64,000 nt of DNA from Malacoraja senta (GCA_038087875.1 CM075984.1:15190001-15254000); one strand, 5' to 3'. Positions 49,646-62,565 are shown, numbered from the stretch's first letter. Notes: a model not told the origin generated them from the sequence alone. Program-made: numbers and translations.

Positions 49646-50775
49646 CCCCTTATTCTTATCATACAGCTCACAGTCCACATTTCAAAGCTATTAACTTGTT
49701 AGCTAAGCACAGACCTACTGTGTATGACCCCCTGCAGACATATTGTATGTCTTTGAGCTGTGCATAATATCAGTCTGCTTATTAAAGAATGCATTGATGT
49801 GATAAATTTGAACTACTGTAACCACTTACAACTAATTTCTTATTATTGTGAGCCTGGAGAGTCTCTGGGCAGCACGGACACAACAGACCTCTGTCCGGGC
49901 ATGTGTTTAATAGACCAGGACTTGAATGTCCCTTTGAGTAAATGTGGTGGCTGCCTTCCTCTCCCCTCGATCCTCTTCCACCTTCCATAGCAGCCATGGC
50001 ATGTTGTAGTGGCACCATTGAGGGCAGTGTACCTATAAATGCTCTCTCCCTTCTCTGACCGTGACACAGCAAGTGTCAGAGGCTGCCATTTCTTGGAGTG
50101 TGGTCCCAGCAGAAGCCTCACAGTTCTGCTGTAGCTCTTGTTTCTGAGTCCAAATCACCATCGTGCAGTTTCACGCTGGATTTTGGCCAAGTTTGCAACA
50201 AAGTTTGCAGTGGTCCCAAATTGGCATTAACACTCCAAAGGCCACAATGTCTTAGCTAACCAAAAACAGATGCAATCCAATTCGTAGGCTCTTGTTTCTA
50301 AAATGTAATTTGCAGTAAAAAAGCTAATGAAGACACAGGTGGCCTTCATGAATTTTCAACAGCTCTGATGTTTGTCTTTTGTGCTTTGGCTGAGACCAAC
50401 CTGCTCTCAGCCAAGATCCCAGAGGTCCGCGCGCCTCTTTGGACTGTCTGCTGTTTTCAAACTATACTGCTGCAAGATCCAAGCAAAACAGCAGATCAAA
50501 TCAGTAACAAGCTCTTCCCCTGCTCTAATCTGTATCATGTGCTTTCACTACCTGGGTTCCTGCTAACTCCAATATATCACGTTAATAAACAAAATTTACC
50601 CAAGATTGTTTAAAGTATTTTTCCATTGTGTAACTAATGAGACCCTTGCATAAAAGTAAGAAACATTAATATCAATGCTTAGGAAGGAACCACAGATGCT
50701 GGCTTACACCGAAGATAGATACAAAATGCTGGAGTAACTCGGCGGGACTGGCAGCATCTCTGGAGAGAAGGAATG

Positions 50776-50810
50776 GATGATGTTTCGGGTCGAGACCCTT
50801 CTTCAGGCTG
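50776..50810 (-). ncRNA. Minimal hammerhead ribozyme motif in a Penelope 3' end
   Basis: Minus strand CTGAAGA-agggtctcgaccc-GAAA-ca-TC, downstream of GIY-YIG coding sequence once the Gypsy insertion is removed. Confidence 0.62.
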
Positions 50811-51071
50811 AAAGTCAGGGGAGGGGGAGACTAGGGATATGGAAGGGTCAGGTGTGAAAACGACAGATCAAAGTTCATTGTTGTGATGTTTGGTGGACTG
50901 TGTGGGGTGGGAGGACCCGTTGCTCATCCCATGCAGCAGGTGGTGCTGCACAGGACAAAGGGAGATGTGTATGAGTTGTCTTGCTGCCAGCATTGAGTAA
51001 AGCATTAAAGACTTCTGTTGTAAATTAAAGACTCTCATGTTTTGTGTAGACCTAGAAAACGAACACAAAAG

Positions 51072-51089
51072 TGGTGTCAGGAGTGGGAT
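51072..51089 (+). promoter_or_regulatory. Primer binding site complementary to the 3' end of tRNA-Leu(CAG)
   Basis: tggtgtcaggagtgggat, 1 nt after the 5' LTR. Confidence 0.85.
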
Positions 51090-51184
51090 ACTTCGGATTG
51101 CATCCAAAGATCCAGCTAAGAGCCTATTTTTCGATTTAAAAAAAATAATTGTTTTTTGAGTTCTGTAGTGTACTCAAACTACCA

Positions 51185-53520
51185 CGTCTTGGCAATTCGA
51201 TTGTTTCGATCCCGGGCGAGAAAGGTGGTCGTCGTATTTAATGCGCGCTGAGTTTTATTTTGAAAGTATGGCAATTACGACTGACAGAGGAAGAAGGCTC
51301 TCTTGTGTTCATCAATGTCTCCAGAAACTTTTGCACTGCTTCAAAATGTACTTACAGAAGAAGTAACTGAAGCCTCATATGCTGAAATCACAACGGCTTT
51401 GCAGCTGCATTTCGAAGAAAGTCGACATTTCCTCGCAGCTCACCTTGATTTCTACAGGATGGTGCAACAGGAAGGGCAATCGATTACCGAATTTCTTGCC
51501 GAACTTCGCACCAAGGCAAAGGCATGTGATTTTAAAACTCAATGCTGCGAAAAGTGCCAAGAAAATGCGTTGCGGGATAGACTGGTCATGGGCTGCAGGC
51601 ACGCATTCATCCAGCAGGCGATTCTCAAGGAATCGGATGCCTCATTGAAGAATGTGCTGCAGTGTGCTAAGATGGCCGAGCTGCTGAGTAAAGAACTGCA
51701 CAAAAAGGCCGGCAAAACGGCGTCGAAGCTCCCTCAGGAGGTGCATACAGTTCGTCAGACTCGTCCGCAACGCCAGAAACCACTTGGATCGACCCAGAGC
51801 AAATCCGGAGAGGGTGAGACAGTTGCAGAAGAGCCGTCCCCCTGTGGGTGGAGGATCTAAACCCTACTACCGGTGCGGCTCGACTGCTCATCATCACCGT
51901 GAGTGCCCGTAAATCAAGTCCGTTTGTTATGCCTGTTACCGAAAAGGTCATCCAGGCAGTGTGTCAATCCGTAGGAAAGCTGAGAAAGGGCAAGAAAGCG
52001 CAAAACATAGTTGACCAAATCGCGGAGACCATTTCTATTGAAGTGCTCAGTGTGTCTACGATCACCGACAAGCCGAGGATTTCGCTGCGGGTCTCGAACG
52101 TCGATCTACAGTTCCAGGTGGACACTGGTGTGGCTGTGTCACTAGTGGGTCAGGACATCTGGGGGAGGATCGGATCGCCAAAACTGAAACCGGCCAACAT
52201 CCGCCTTTTCGGATATGAACGACAGCCCATTCCCACGAAAGGCCAATGCACTGTATGACACAGATGTTGCCGCTGATCGTCGTTGGTAAAGAAAGTACAT
52301 CCCTGTGCGCCATCGACTGGATCCATGCTTTCAAGCTTGACATGAACGCTTTGATCTACGATGGATCAACTATGGCATTGTCATCTCCCACTGATTGCAA
52401 CGTGGTCAGCAAATGCGAAAATAACCTGCAGAATGTTCTTGACCAGTTTCCAGACGTTTACGCACCTGGACTCGGACATTGCACAAAGATGAAGGCACAG
52501 CTCATACTCAAGGACGATGCCGTCCCTAAGTTCTTCAAACCAAGACCAGTTCCATTCAGTCGGATGGACACCGTCGACAAGGAACACTGCCGTCTTGAAG
52601 AAATGGGAATTATCACCCATGTGGACTATTCAGAATGGGCCACACCCATAGTTCAGAAGCCTTGCGGCAAAGTGTGCATCTGTGGCGACTACAAAGTGAC
52701 TGTAAACCCCCAATTGCACATTGATCAACACCCCATACCAAGAGTGGACGCGCTGTTCATCAAGCTGCAAGGAGGACAGTACTTCTCGAAATTGTACATG
52801 TCCGACGCGTATCTCCAAGTGGAACTGGACGATGAGGCAAAAAACCTGCTCGTGATCAACACGCACAAGGGACTGTTCAGATACAACCGATTGTCATTTG
52901 GACCGGCACCGGCGCCGGCCATCTTCCAGAAACTGGTCGACAATCTGGTTGCCGGGATTCCGTATGTAGCAGCCTACCTGGATGACATAATTGTCACCGG
53001 CCGGACGGAGGAAGAACATCTGCAGAACCTAAAACAGGTCCTCACGGCACTGAACAACTACGGCATGAAGTTGCGCATGGACAAGTGCGCATTCTTCCAA
53101 CAACAGATCACATATCTCGGACATGTGATCTCGGCAAGTGGTTTGAAGCCATCGGATGAAAGAGTGGACGCCATTATGAAATTTCAGACGCCCAAAAATG
53201 TGAAGCAGCTTGAAAGCTTCATTGGCAGGGTGAACTACTATGGCAAGTTCATACCGGCACTTTCGACTTTGTGCGCACCATTGAACAACCTGCAAAAACA
53301 GGATGTTGAATGGCACTGGTCCAAAGAGTGTGACCATACATTCACCAGGTTGAAGGAGATGCTCGCCCAGAAGATGCGCTGGCTGCCGATGCATTGCTGT
53401 ATGGTCTTGGAGCTGTAATCTCACAAACGGCACCGAACGGCAAGGAAGAACCAATCGCATTCACATCCAAAACGCTGACGACCGCCGAGAGAAACTACAG
53501 CCAAGTGGAGAAAGAACAGC
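51185..53520 (+). pseudogene. Gypsy gag-pol pseudogene (gag, CCHC knuckles, protease, RT, start of RNase H)
   Basis: Gag Q.EGQSI.EFLAELR...LRDRLVMG; knuckles RCGSTAHHHREC and CYACYRKGH; protease FQVDTG; RT CGDYKVTVN...AYLDDII. Frameshifts are present and integrase is deleted. Confidence 0.93.
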
Positions 53521-54571
53521 ATACAGATAAAGCAAATACTGATATCTCTTCCAAAGGGAACACTGAGGAAAACTCTGTTGATTCTGAGCCTTTAGCAAGA
53601 GTTGTGAAATGCAAAAAAGGCTGGAAAAAAAGAGTGAAGCGAGGTCCAGCTAAATGGCGACGTTCAAACTGTAAAGGGGGAATATGATGTTTGGTGGACT
53701 GTTTAGGGTGGGAGGACCCTTAGCTCCTCCCATGCAGCAGGTGGTGCTGCACAGGACAAAGGGAGATGTTGTGTATATAGTTTATCCTGTCTGTAGACAG
53801 GGTGCGTGTGCAACCATTTTTGAGTTGTCTTGCTGCCAGCATTAGGTAAAGCATTAAAGACTTCTGTTGTAAATTAAAGACTCTCATGTTTTGTGCAGAC
53901 CTAGAAAACAAACACAAAAATTGTTGGCTGAGGGGAAGGTGACAACGAGGCATACAATCAGTAAAATTAATCAGGACAGTAAAACTAGTCGGAGAATACT
54001 AGGGCGGGGGGTGGGGCAGAGAGAGGGAAAGCAAGGGGTACTTGAAGTTAGAGAAATCAATATTCATACACTGGGTTTTAAGCTGCCCAAGCGAAATATG
54101 AGGTGCTGTTCCCCCAATTTGTGCTGGGCTTCACTCTGACAATAATATCAATGTTCTCAGTACAGGCTGTGCACGTTAAAATTACCCAGTCATATTTGAT
54201 ACACTCGTTTATAGAATAAAAGATATCTAATTTCAGATATATCCTTTGAAAGATCAGAAAACTTCAACAAAAAAAAGACACAACCAATTTCAAAGCTGTG
54301 GCCTCAGCAATGGTGATATCTTGAATCACCACCATTCAATGAAGTAAATGTTAATGTGGAAGGAATTTGAAGTGAAAGGTAAGAATGCTTTTATTTTCTC
54401 ATCATCTTTTCCAGTATTTAGGGAGGAAACATTTTGAATAGTCTTTCATCCTTCACCACACCGCAAATACAGTTTCAATTATATGAGTCATTATGGAGTG
54501 AAATATCTTTTAGCTGTCAATAATCTTCATTGTTTTCCAGTGATTGGTTGCAGTCTTAGATTAATCCCTTC

Positions 54572-55170
54572 AACCTACCGAGTCCCCACCAACCATTAAG
54601 CATCCATTTACACCAATCCCATTTGTTGTCCACATATTCTCTACAACTCCCCTAGATTCTTCCACTTGTAATGTCTAAAGGGCTTGTGACCATGAGATTC
54701 TTCCACTAGCCAACACTCACCGACACACCAGGGCAATTTACAGTGGCAAATTAACCTATTAACCCATACATCCTGGAAGGAATCAGAGGACCCAAAGGAA
54801 ACCCCTAGGTTCAAAGGGGGAATGTGCAAACTCCACACAGACAGCACCAGAGGTCAAAATTAAACCCAGGTCCTGAGACTTTTAGACGTTACTTTAGACT
54901 TTAGAGACACAGCATGGAAACGGGCCATTCGACCCACTGAGTCCGCGCCGGCAAGTGATCACCCAGTACACTGGCATTATCCTTCACACTATGGACAATT
55001 CACAGGAGCCGTCTTTGGTGTGTGAGAGGAAACTGGAGCAGCAGGAGAAAACCCATGCGGTCGCAGGGAGAACGTACAAACTCCATACAGACAGCACCCG
55101 TAGTCAGGTCAAACCCAGGTCTCTGGCACTGTAAGGCAGCAACTCTATTGCTGCGCCACTGTGCTACCCC
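54572..55170 (-). mobile_element. Two adjacent V-SINEs (older 54572-54875, younger 54878-55170)
   Basis: Same consensus twice. Confidence 0.78.
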
Positions 55171-55607
55171 TGAGAGCAGCAAGTCTAGAAGTTTTGTCAT
55201 GGTGCCTCCTTCTGTAACTCTGTATCCACACAAAGTGGAATGTTCAAACACTAATGTAGCCGCACCTCCTCCAAGATTCCTTGAAATAAAGAATAAAAAC
55301 AAAAAACAAAGTACCTGAACTGATGGCCCACATTAGGCCAGTGGACTAAACTCCAATCCCAGCATTTGCCTTCCGCCCTGTCATGACTAAATCAGCATAA
55401 CAATTCCTTGTCCAGGGTTTCTGTTATGGATCAGCTTTAGTGCATTAGCAGGATATTGGTTTATTATTGTCACGTGTACCTAGATACAGTGAAAAATCTT
55501 GTTTGCATGCTATCTAGTAAAATCAGACCATACATAAGTACAATCAAGCCATACACAAGTGCAACAGGCAGTAACAAGTAAATTAACCAAAGTGCAGAAT
55601 GTACTGT

Positions 55608-56250
55608 GATGGCACGGTGGCAGAGTTGCTGCCTTACAGCACCAGAGACCCAGGTTCGATCCTGACTATGGGTGCTGTCTGTACGGAGTTTATACATTCT
55701 CCCTGTAACTGCATGGGTTTCCTCCAGGTGCTCCGGTTTCCTCCCACACTCCAAAGACATACAGGTTTGTAGCTTAATTGGTTTCAGTAAAATTGTAAAT
55801 TGTCCCTAACGTGTAGGATAGTGCAAGTGACGACAGATGGCGCAATGGGCTACGTGTTCGGCTGGCAACCGGAAGGTAGCCGGTTCGAATCCCGCTTGGA
55901 GTGCATACTGTCGTTGTGTCCTTGGGCAAGACACTTCACCCCCCTTTGCCTGCGTGTGCATGTGTGTGAATGTGTGTGAGTGATTGGTGGTGGTCGGAGG
56001 GGCCGTAGGCGCAGATTAGCAGCCACGCTTCCGTCAGTCTGCCCCAGGGCAGCTGTGGCTACAGAAGTAGCTCACCACCACCGAGTGTGACTGAGGAGTG
56101 AATGAATAATGCGATGTAAAGCGCCTTGGGTATTAGAAAGGCGCTATATAAATCCAATCCATTATTATTATTATTATTAAGTGTACGGGGTGATCACTGG
56201 TTGGTGCGGACTCGTTGGGCTGAAATGTCTGTTTGTCTCTAAAGTCTAAA
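55608..56250 (+). mobile_element. V-SINE interrupted by the CORE-like SINE
   Basis: Consensus resumes at 56179. Confidence 0.83.
55829..56178 (+). mobile_element. Young tRNA-derived CORE-like SINE with an L2-type tail, nested in a V-SINE
   Basis: A box tggcgcaatgg, B box ggttcgaatcc, core-like tgtgtccttgggcaagacacttcacc, tail tgtaaagcgcc...ggcgctatataaat and (att)n; short TSD aagt(g). Confidence 0.85.
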
Positions 56251-56361
56251 GTTTACAAGTCTAAACATTATATAATTACAGCAATGGAGAAAGTGCGGAT
56301 TAAAAAATGCAAGGGGCACAAGGAGGTAGGTTGGGAGATCGGAACTACATTTTAACTTAGG

Positions 56362-56595
56362 CTGTGCCGCCTGTATGGAGTTTGTACATTCTCCCTGTGG
56401 CCATTTGGGTTTTCTCCGGGTGCTCCGATTTCCTCCCACACTCCAAAGACATGCAGGTTTGTAGGTTAATTGGCTTCTGTAAATAATAAATCGTCCCTAG
56501 TGTGTAGGATAGAACCAGTGTATGGGCTGATCACTGGTCGGCATGGACTGGTGGGCCGAAGGGCCTGTTTCCACGCTGTATCTCTAAAGTCTAAA
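56362..56595 (+). mobile_element. 5'-truncated V-SINE
   Basis: V core and tail. Confidence 0.8.
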
Positions 56596-57394
56596 GCCAC
56601 TACCAACTAGGGGTGAATTTCGAGGCAATTGCAGGATCCCCCTCACTAAAGCTGCTCCCACTTTCTGTAATATAAGATATTCAGAGTTTAATCTGCAGAC
56701 TACCAATCTGTCACAGGAACTGTAGAAGGCTGGAAATGATGATCTGACTAGATGGATTATTTTCAGTCTGGTTCTGTAGTAATGTCTCTGTAAATTAGGA
56801 TCAAGGAAAAACCGAGTTCAGTGCTCATGCTGTATGTGTAACTGTTTTGTTCGCCTCATACTGAGGGCATGCTCAAAGTCTACTGCTCAAAGTTCTCTCC
56901 GGTTTTAGTTGGCAATTGTAGAGCATACCACTGAATTACTGAGCATTAACTAACTACAGGTCATTCCAGCTTTGAAAAGCTGAAATGACTTTTGTTGGAG
57001 GAAATAACTGTAAACAAAAAAAAAGGTATAAGATGTATTTAAACGTGAACCTTATTTAAATGCTCGTAGTATTATAAACACCAAACCTTATTTCATTCAT
57101 TCATGTTTCACTGCAGACATAATAATCAGAAATTTAAGTTAGTTTTCATATACGTTGCACTTTAATCGTTTAACATAATCAGCACCAATTTAACTCTAGA
57201 CTTTAACTCTTAAATTTAAGAAAGGAATAGGACAGTTTAATTTACCACAAGCAATAATTTTCTTACATATTTCTATGTGATATTGTATTCAGCTTCAAGG
57301 AGAGGCTGCCAGTGATTTCTGTAAGCAACTAGCATTGAGCAGTAACACACTGTGAAGATGTTGCGGATAAAAGCAGGAACTCCCTCTTCCTGGC

Positions 57395-57750
57395 CACTCC
57401 CTCTTCTCCCCTCTCTGATCAAGCACAAGGTATAGAAGTGTGAAAACGCACACTACAGGTTTCGGGGACAGTTTCTTCCCAGCTGTTATCAGGCAACTGA
57501 ATCATCCTACCACAACCGGAGAGCAGTGCTGAACTACTACCTCTTTGATGACCCTCAGACTATCCTTGATCGGACTTTGCTGGCTTTACCTTGCACTAAA
57601 CGTTAATTCCCTTATCATGTATCCATACCCTGTAAATGGATCAATTGTATTCTTGTATTCATGTATAGTATTTCTGCTGACCGTTTAGCACGCAACAAAA
57701 GCTTTTCACTGTCCTTGGTACACGTCACAATAAACTAAACTAAACTAAAT
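57395..57750 (+). mobile_element. Rex1/Babar-type LINE 3' fragment
   Basis: RYRSVKTHTTGFGDSFFPAVIRQLN, then a UTR ending gtcacaataaactaaactaaac. Related tails occur at 1-104, 47905-48068 and 62810-63075. Confidence 0.78.
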
Positions 57751-59013
57751 ATAACATTTCATATGGACAATTCTACATGAGCACAATTCATTTCAGGCTT
57801 ACGATGGGCTTAGTGCTACAATGCTATCACCACAAGGTAGATCAGGCAACATGTGCAAAGAGAACAAACAGTTCGAACGTGCACTCGCTATGAGAACTGG
57901 ATAGACAAAATACGCTTGGAGGTTTGTCGTGTTTCTGATACCGCCTGACCCCGTCGGGTGTTTTTGGAGCTATTTCTGTTCTGTTCCTGTTCAGATTTAC
58001 ATGTCTCAGCTTAAACCATCGCTTCAGCTGCATTTGCTATTTAGGACTATATGAAATATTTGGCAAAGTCAGCCGTTTTGGCTACGGATGTGAGTAATAG
58101 TTAGCAATTGGCAGGAATGAATTTCTAGACAATAACGTCTTGGGTAATAAAACCAGAAAATTCAGGAAATACTCAGCAGATCAGACAACATCTGTGGAGA
58201 GAGAAATGGGAGTTGCCATATCAGGTTGGTGATCCTCCATCACAGCTAGAGGTTTATATGAAAGTCGTTCCATGTGTTCCTGTGATGCACTAACTTTAAC
58301 CTCTGTAACACATCTCCAGAGAGGCACCTGTAGTCTCCGTTCCCATCATTCCCATCTTCCAACTTCAGATTATACGTTGACCATATTAAACCTGGCAAGG
58401 CTGCAACACATGACTTCAGGTATGCTAGACAACAAAGAACCAACAGCAGGAAAGGACACCTGAGATATTTCTATACCACCTAAAAAGACGAAGCAGCAAG
58501 AACTCAACACTAAATTAGTTCAGCAGGTCAGGCAGCATTTCTGCAGGACATGTCCTCCACAGATGCTGCCTGATCCACTGAGTTATCCCAGCACCGTGTT
58601 CTACACAAGATTCCAGCATCTGCAGTTCCTTGTGTCTTCAACATGGAATTAAGTAGTTTGAGATCAGTGACAATCCCAGCCTAGTGCCTCCCATTTCTAG
58701 CGTTCAATTGTTCCGTTTTCTTTTCTAGTAGTAACAACAGAGAACTATAAGTAAATAGGAACAGGAGCAGGCCACTCGGCCCTTCAAGCTAGCCCCGCCT
58801 TTCTATAAGATCATAGTTGATTTGCCTCAAGCCTCATCTCTTCTCATTCTCACCACATCTTGGACTTCGGAAATGGCGGCAAAACATGGCGGCGCCTGCA
58901 AGTGTAAATATGCAAAAAGAATTTCACTGTACAGTTGCACATGTGACAAACAAAGCACCATTGAACCTTTAAACCATTCTTACATGGCATTTCCCCTTCA
59001 CTCAAAATTCATC

Positions 59014-59138
59014 ATGTAGGAGGGAACTGCAGATGCTGGTTTACACTGAAGATAGACATAAAATGCTGGAGAAACATTGGGACAGTCAGCATCTCTAGAT
59101 AGAAGGAATGAGTGACATTTTGGGTCAAGACCCTTCTT
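59014..59138 (-). mobile_element. Penelope tail with a degenerate hammerhead
   Basis: gaactgcagatgctgg...gtgacattttgggtcaagacccttctt. Confidence 0.65.
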
Positions 59139-60529
59139 ACTCTAAATCCCTCCTTCTTTCACAAATATATCTACTTCCTCCTTAAATATCCCCAATAATT
59201 TAACCTCCACAACCCTCCAGAGTGGAGAATTTCAGCGATACCAATGCGCCTCAGTTTTAAACAACTACCCATAATCTTGTAACTTAGACCCCTCATTCAA
59301 GATTCTCCCACATCAGAAGCATTACGATATCTACCCTGTCATGCCCCTAAGTATCTTAGAACATAGAACAGTACAGCACAGGAACAGGCCCTTCGGCCCA
59401 CAATGTCCATGCTGAACATAATGCCAAGTTAAACTAACCACATCTGCCTGATCCAAACCCCTTCATTCTGTGCATATCCATGTGCCTATCCAAAAGCATC
59501 TTACAAGCCGCTATCACTCAGCCTCCACCACCATCTCTGGCACCACGTTCCAGGCACCCACCACCTTCTTTGTAAAAAACATACCCTGCACATCTCCTTA
59601 AAACTTTGTCCCTCTCGCCTTGAAGCTATGTCCTCTAGTCTTTAGACTTCACATTAGACTTTAGAGATTTTAGTCCTTGACTTTAGTCCTTGACATTTTC
59701 AGTCTGGGAAAATGGTTTAAACTCTGAAGAATATAGATCTAATTACTTTAGCAACTCATGATAAGATAACTAGGAATTAGCACAGTAATTTCACATTTCA
59801 TTTATTGTTTCCGATTTAAACCCTCCCCTGATTGTACCTTTCACCGTTCACCGATCTTTACACCTTTTTTTCAGCCTGCACCTCCATCATTCTCTCCTGA
59901 TTTCCAGCCTAACTCAGACCTTTCATATTTCATTTTCCAACCCCACCCTCTGCAACATAAGGCATCTCCAACTTTGCCCTGATCCAATGATCGGGCATCA
60001 ATGTAAAAGAACATTAACTCTCTCCTCTCTCTATAGATGTTGCCCGGCCTGCTGAGTATTCCCAGCATTTCCCATTTTATCTGAAGAATTACAGCATGCA
60101 CTCCAATGTGAAACTTCACTCACAAACATTTTCATTGATCTTACTGGAATCAGAACTTCAATCAGAAACATTTTTACTTCCAACATTTTTTTTTTCCACA
60201 AATGAACATTATTCAGAATGCAAGATATATATGAAACAAAAACGGAGCCAAAACTTCATACATTCTCAGTGTCTATACATTCATAGAGTCAGACAGTGTG
60301 GACACAGGCCCTTCGGCCCAACATAAAAAGGCCGACCAACAAGCACCATTTACATTAGTACCACCTGCCTGCATTTGGTCCCTATCCCTCTAAACGTATC
60401 CTGCCCTATTCATGTACCTATCTAAATGTTTTTTCAACATTGCGATAATACCTGCTTAAATGTTGTGATAGTTCCTGCATACTCAGTAGTGTTTGCATCT
60501 ATCTTTGAACAAAATACCCTTGCCACTCA

Positions 60530-60745
60530 TATGGTCCCTGGGATGTTATCCCTACCCTTGTTTGTGGTGTGTCACCACCGGACTCTGTCCCCTCAATGTC
60601 CAGCAGCGGACGGACCCTAGACTGTGACTCTCCCCCACAGAGCCTTCACGTTGGTTCCACCTAATTTCAGTGCGTCCTTCTGCACGTACCCCTGCAGTCT
60701 GGAATGGGGCAGTGGGCAACATTAATTATCTTTGTTGGCATCAAG
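60530..60745 (-). mobile_element. Tx1/L1-like LINE 3' fragment
   Basis: Minus strand RLQGYVQKDALKLGGTNVKALWGRVTV* resembles Tx1-clade ORF2 C-termini. Confidence 0.6.
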
Positions 60746-61667
60746 ATAGAATGTGGCGCAGTAGACATGGGGGGGGGGGGGGGTGGAATGGCTGAAATGT
60801 TACATACGTGGCAGTGTGCAAGAACACAATTTAGTCTAAAACCCTATTAATTATGTACTGTTCCTTCAGAAAATGAAACTCAAAAAACAGCCTGTGCATT
60901 TCATTCTAACTTTGAGCACTGGACTATTGTGCAACATTCACATATGTTCTATTTCAACGGATCGACAAAAACATTATCCCTGTCACACTGAACCTCGGTC
61001 ATCCTACCGGGGGGAAAAAAAGGCGGAGGATGAGGAGTAAGAGTATTGGCGGCCTGGTGGCTATGCAGGATTACGGAGCTGGTTTGAGGTTACGTGGTGG
61101 GACTGCAACAAATCCCCGGTATTGTTGGGATTTGGAACAACGCTGCTTGCCAGGCATAGGAAAATAGATCAACTTCAGAAACGGATCCTGATGGAAATAC
61201 TGACACTTGTTGGAAGACTGCCACAGGGAGGAGAGTGCAGAGCGGGTTTGAAAATAACATTCATAATCTAATAAAGTACAGACACAACTTTCAGAAGGCA
61301 AATGGTGTCCAATCAAACACAGGCCACAATCTATCTGTGTTAGGTTTTGTCCCTGATTATACGTGTTGACAACTTATTGAAAAGACGCCAGTGCATTGGC
61401 CTTGCATTAGAGACAGAAAACAATTTTTTGGGGCCCATCTGGCCCACCTCAGCCTTCTGAGGCCAAGTCACTGTCTTGATGATGAAGCATTCCTTGAGGA
61501 AGTGAGCCTTCGTACTTGGCTCACATCTGGATCTCATTGGTAACACTTAATGGACGTCTTCCAAGGGAAGAGCAACTCTGAAATAGTTGGAATGCTTACA
61601 CAATCTGGTGGCCAGGTTCACTTGTATAATGACAGAATAGCTCAAACCAAATGATCCATGTCCCGAA

Positions 61668-61965
61668 TGCACACGTGCAGTCTTGCATGCATGCATTTGC
61701 ACAAAAAACACATGCTTGCGCAAGTGGTCATGCACACACAGAGACAGGCAGGGACAGACAGACACACACAGACATGCTCATACGCACGTATACACTCATA
61801 CATACTCATATACAAGCACACACACACACACATACATGCTCTTATACAAGCACACACACAAACATAGAGACACGTACACATACACACACATACACACTCA
61901 TATACACAGACATACATACACTGTCATACACTCACAGATACACATCTGCACACTGCAGGGCACAT
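61668..61965. repeat. Degenerate (CA)n-rich microsatellite
   Basis: cacacaca / catacata tracts. Confidence 0.9.
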
Positions 61966-62126
61966 CCATCAAGACTCTTGTTGGATATAATTTTTTCTCA
62001 ATGAATAAAATGTTATTTTAACTGGTGTCATAGTCTTGATGTGGATTCTTGCAAACAGCCACTGTCTTCCTTGCTTGCTGAATGAAACTTCGACCAAAAA
62101 TATTTATCTGTGCTGTCGCATCTTGT

Positions 62127-62565
62127 AGGGTCTGAAGAAGGATCCCGAGCTGTAACGTCACCTATTCTTGTTCTCCAGAGATGCTGCCTGACTGCTTAGT
62201 GACTCCGCGAAACGGTGGCACGGTGGCGCGGCGGTAGAGTTGCTGCCTTACAGCGCCAGAGACCCGGGTTCAATCCTGACTAGGGATGCTGTCTGTACGG
62301 AGTTTATACATTCTCCCTATGACTGCGTAGGTTTTCTATGAGTGCCCCGGTTTCCTCCCACACTCCAAAGGCGTAAAGGTTTGTAGGTTAATTGGCTTCA
62401 GTAAAAATTGTAAATTGTCCCCAGTGTGCAGGATAGTGCTAGTGCACGCGGATCGCTGGTCAGCGTGGACTCGGTGGGCTGCACTGTATTTCTAAACTAA
62501 ACTACGTAAATTCTAACACTTTGTGTCCTTTTGTGTAAATCAGCATCTGCAGTTCCTTGGTTCTA
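62127..62565 (+). mobile_element. Penelope tail with a degenerate hammerhead and a nested V-SINE
   Basis: agggtctgaagaagg...aacgtcacct, with the tail resuming after the SINE. Confidence 0.68.
62212..62504 (+). mobile_element. V-SINE (HE1-like)
   Basis: ggtggcacggtggcgcggcggtagagttgctgcc... Confidence 0.85.

Larger units (their letters stand above)
50882..53919 (+). mobile_element. Ty3/Gypsy LTR retrotransposon lacking integrase
   Basis: LTRs 50882-51070 and 53683-53919, 5-bp TSD attgt, PBS, PPT aaagggggaa, and gag-protease-RT remnants. Inserted in a Penelope fragment. Confidence 0.95.
50680..54143 (-). mobile_element. Penelope-like element 3' fragment split by the Gypsy insertion
   Basis: 53925-54143 reads CQSEAQHKLGEQHLIFRLGSL.P...MNIDFSNFK* (GIY-YIG C-terminus, with a small indel). 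50680-50881 holds the hammerhead and tail. Confidence 0.8.

Noticed and set aside
61020-61650. Unique sequence that might be an exon or pseudogene
   Set aside because: The frames I translated contain stops and match no protein I recognise.
61642-62021. His/Thr- and Cys/Val-rich ORFs
   Set aside because: Translations of the (CA)n microsatellite.
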